From an uncultured archaeon (GTDB taxonomy: Archaea; Thermoplasmatota; Thermoplasmata; Thermoplasmatales; Thermoplasmataceae), in contig CP009479.1 of NCBI GenBank assembly GCA_000965745.1, positions 1,280,001-1,344,000 on the forward strand: 64,000 bases of DNA. Reading direction: 5' to 3'. The translations under genes were made by a program, and so were the position numbers. Shown piece after piece: positions 61,938-64,000 of the stretch; positions within the stretch are counted from its first letter, which is position 1, and every line of letters begins with the position of its first letter. The notes beneath the pieces are model-generated. The model made no database searches, had not been told where the DNA came from, and was given only the letters and a program-made list of their open reading frames with translations.

Positions 61938-62773
61938 TGGCAAGAGATATCCTGACAAGACTGGTAATAAATTTCGTAATAATGATTCCTGCACTTTCCA
62001 TCTTGGTCTACGTTCTTCCATACTCAGCGACTGAATTCAACTACGCCATGGTGCTGATCCTGGTTTCTATCCCGTTCATAAAATTTCTGACGCCATCCCC
62101 TTACAAGGGTGCAGTATACCCTCTTTCCGCGATCATATTCCTTCTGCTGGTTCTGGTGACTCTTCTCACCAACTTCACCACTGTATTTTCCGGGACATAC
62201 GCGCAATTCATATCACTCCCGCTGCACATTTCCACCTTTGTTTCAGCGATTGTGGCATTGAGCATGATCCTGGTGGCTGAGGGCATCCTTTCAGACAGGA
62301 TCTACAGAACTGTAGCACTTCTCATGCTTTCACTGGGAGGGCTTCTGGACCAACTGGCAATAGTGACAAACATGGTTGCCAACGGAACCTCGTATTTTGT
62401 GGCATATGAATTCATAAACGGCGAAGAAGTTTATTCCCTGTACACTCTTGTTGTGTACGGATATCAGCTGGTACTCCCGCTGGCCAACCTCAAGATTCCC
62501 ATCGGCACATTCCTGCTGGGTACGTTCGTCGTGTCGATCATAGGAATTCTCACAGCACTCTATATCCGCGGAACAAAAGACAGTCCGGAGACGCTGAACA
62601 GGTTCGGTTATCCTGTGTTCATGGGAAGCATAGTCGGTGCTGCGGCATTCCTCATAATACGCGAGGTGACAAAATATGGGATTCAACTCTCTGTAGTATC
62701 AATCTCGATCGTCGTAACCTTGTTCCTCGTAGGATACACCTCAAGACGAACCAGGAGACTCTTGAAGGATTAG
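61934..62773 (+). CDS. Polytopic membrane hypothetical protein
   Basis: 279 aa, multiple TM segments, last gene of the operon. Confidence 0.75.
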   Translation: MMARDILTRLVINFVIMIPALSILVYVLPYSATEFNYAMVLILVSIPFIKFLTPSPYKGAVYPLSAIIFLLLVLVTLLTNFTTVFSGTYAQFISLPLHISTFVSAIVALSMILVAEGILSDRIYRTVALLMLSLGGLLDQLAIVTNMVANGTSYFVAYEFINGEEVYSLYTLVVYGYQLVLPLANLKIPIGTFLLGTFVVSIIGILTALYIRGTKDSPETLNRFGYPVFMGSIVGAAAFLIIREVTKYGIQLSVVSISIVVTLFLVGYTSRRTRRLLKD

Positions 62774-62923
62774 TGTGCCCCATGTCCGGGCAATCCTGCA
62801 CGCATTCACGGACAGGATAAGGTGTACAGCTTTCACCCGTCAGGTTTAAGCATCCCGGGGTGGACGCCCCGCGGAATAATGAATAGAGCCAAAGATTAAT
62901 ACATCTCATGTATCCAACAAGGG

Positions 62924-64000
62924 ATGACTTCCACTTTAATCGAAAATGCCATGATTGTTACCCAGAACTCGCTCAGGGAGATTATAAGAGGAAACATCCT
63001 GATTGAAAACGACAGGATTTCTTATATCGGAAATGAAAAGAAAGAGGCGGACACGGTCTTATCCGGGAAAAACAAGATTGCCATGCCCGGCATGATCAAT
63101 ACCCACTCTCATGCGGCAATGGGGCATTTCAAGGGTCTTCTTGACGACATGAGCCTTGAGGGATTTCTTGAGAAGACTTTCAAGCTCGACTCAGAAAGAT
63201 CGGAGGAAGGCATCTACAACTCTTCCAGATTGAGTATGCTAGAAATGGTTGACTCAGGCATAACTTCCTTTGTGGATCTCTACTACTCGGAAGACATGGT
63301 GGCAAATGCCGCCAGGGAGATTGGAATAAGATCGTTCCTTTCATGGGTTACTCTTGATGAAGAATTCACCACCCAGAAGGGAAGCCCGATAAAGAACGCT
63401 GAGAATTTCATAAATTCAAACAAGAATGATCCACTCATCACACCGTCTATTGGGGTGCAGGGGATATACGTCTCATCAGATGAGAACTACAGGAAGGCTC
63501 TTGACGTATCAGACAGGCATGGCACGATACTCCACACGCATCTTGCGGAGACCAGAAAAGAGGTGTACGATTTCGTAAAGAAAAGTGGTGGAAAACGGCC
63601 CATAGAACACCTTTCTGAAATAGGCATGCTTAACGAGAGATTGCTCGCTGCCCACTGTGTTTGGGCCACTCTCAGGGAAGTGAAACTTCTCGCAAAAGGG
63701 AAGGCTAAAGTATCGTGGAATGCAGTGAGCAATTCCAAGCTTGGCGTGGGGGGAATCGCACCCGTACCAGAAATGCTCGAAAACGGTTTAACTGTGACAT
63801 TGGGCACAGACAGCAACGGCAGCAACAACTCGCTTAACCCGTTCGAAAGCATGAAGTATGCAGCACTTTCTGTCAAGAACGAAAGGTGGGACGCTTCGAA
63901 AATAACTGCCCAGACCGTACTCGATATGGCAACAATAAACGGTGCGATGGCACTTGGCAGGGGAGACCTGGGTTCAATAGAGACAGGAAAGAAAGCTGAC
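62924..64000 (+). CDS. Amidohydrolase (MTA/SAH deaminase-like), cut by the window end
   Basis: MTSTLIENA...'MPGMINTHSH', 'HTHLAET', 'AAHCVW', 'LGTDSNGSNN'. Not in the ORF track because no stop falls in the window. Confidence 0.88.
   Translation, partial: MTSTLIENAMIVTQNSLREIIRGNILIENDRISYIGNEKKEADTVLSGKNKIAMPGMINTHSHAAMGHFKGLLDDMSLEGFLEKTFKLDSERSEEGIYNSSRLSMLEMVDSGITSFVDLYYSEDMVANAAREIGIRSFLSWVTLDEEFTTQKGSPIKNAENFINSNKNDPLITPSIGVQGIYVSSDENYRKALDVSDRHGTILHTHLAETRKEVYDFVKKSGGKRPIEHLSEIGMLNERLLAAHCVWATLREVKLLAKGKAKVSWNAVSNSKLGVGGIAPVPEMLENGLTVTLGTDSNGSNNSLNPFESMKYAALSVKNERWDASKITAQTVLDMATINGAMALGRGDLGSIETGKKAD

Overview
Archaeal chromosome segment, most likely from Thermoplasmatales. The evidence is a Trm56-HD fusion, a thermosome alpha subunit, ArcS, Csl4, an Sm protein, CCA-less tRNAs, TATA-type promoters and GGAGGTG ribosome-binding sites. 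(1) 1997-14989 is a respiratory cluster. It holds an A1-motif heme-copper oxidase (subunit I-III fusion, subunit II), a sulfocyanin, heme o and heme a synthases, two related Cys-motif membrane domains and a large membrane polyferredoxin, and an intact ISL3 interrupts it. The oxidase appears to lack the canonical D- and K-channel residues. (2) 18681-27313 is a decayed integrative element bounded by a 16-bp att repeat taken from the 3' end of a tRNA(CAU). The att site lies inside the integrase reading frame. The element carries a group II twintron (an RT-encoding intron sitting at the D5/D6 junction of an older intron remnant), a secreted protein and its partner, an IS5 remnant and an IS1634. 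(3) 27.5-64 kb is mostly housekeeping: tRNAs, thiolase/DUF35, thyX, thsA, sucCD, argF, glyS, sdhABCD, catalase, thioredoxin system, csl4, arcS, a MoxR/DUF58 surface-protein operon and a truncated amidohydrolase. All calls come from reading the sequence and motifs by eye; no searches were run.
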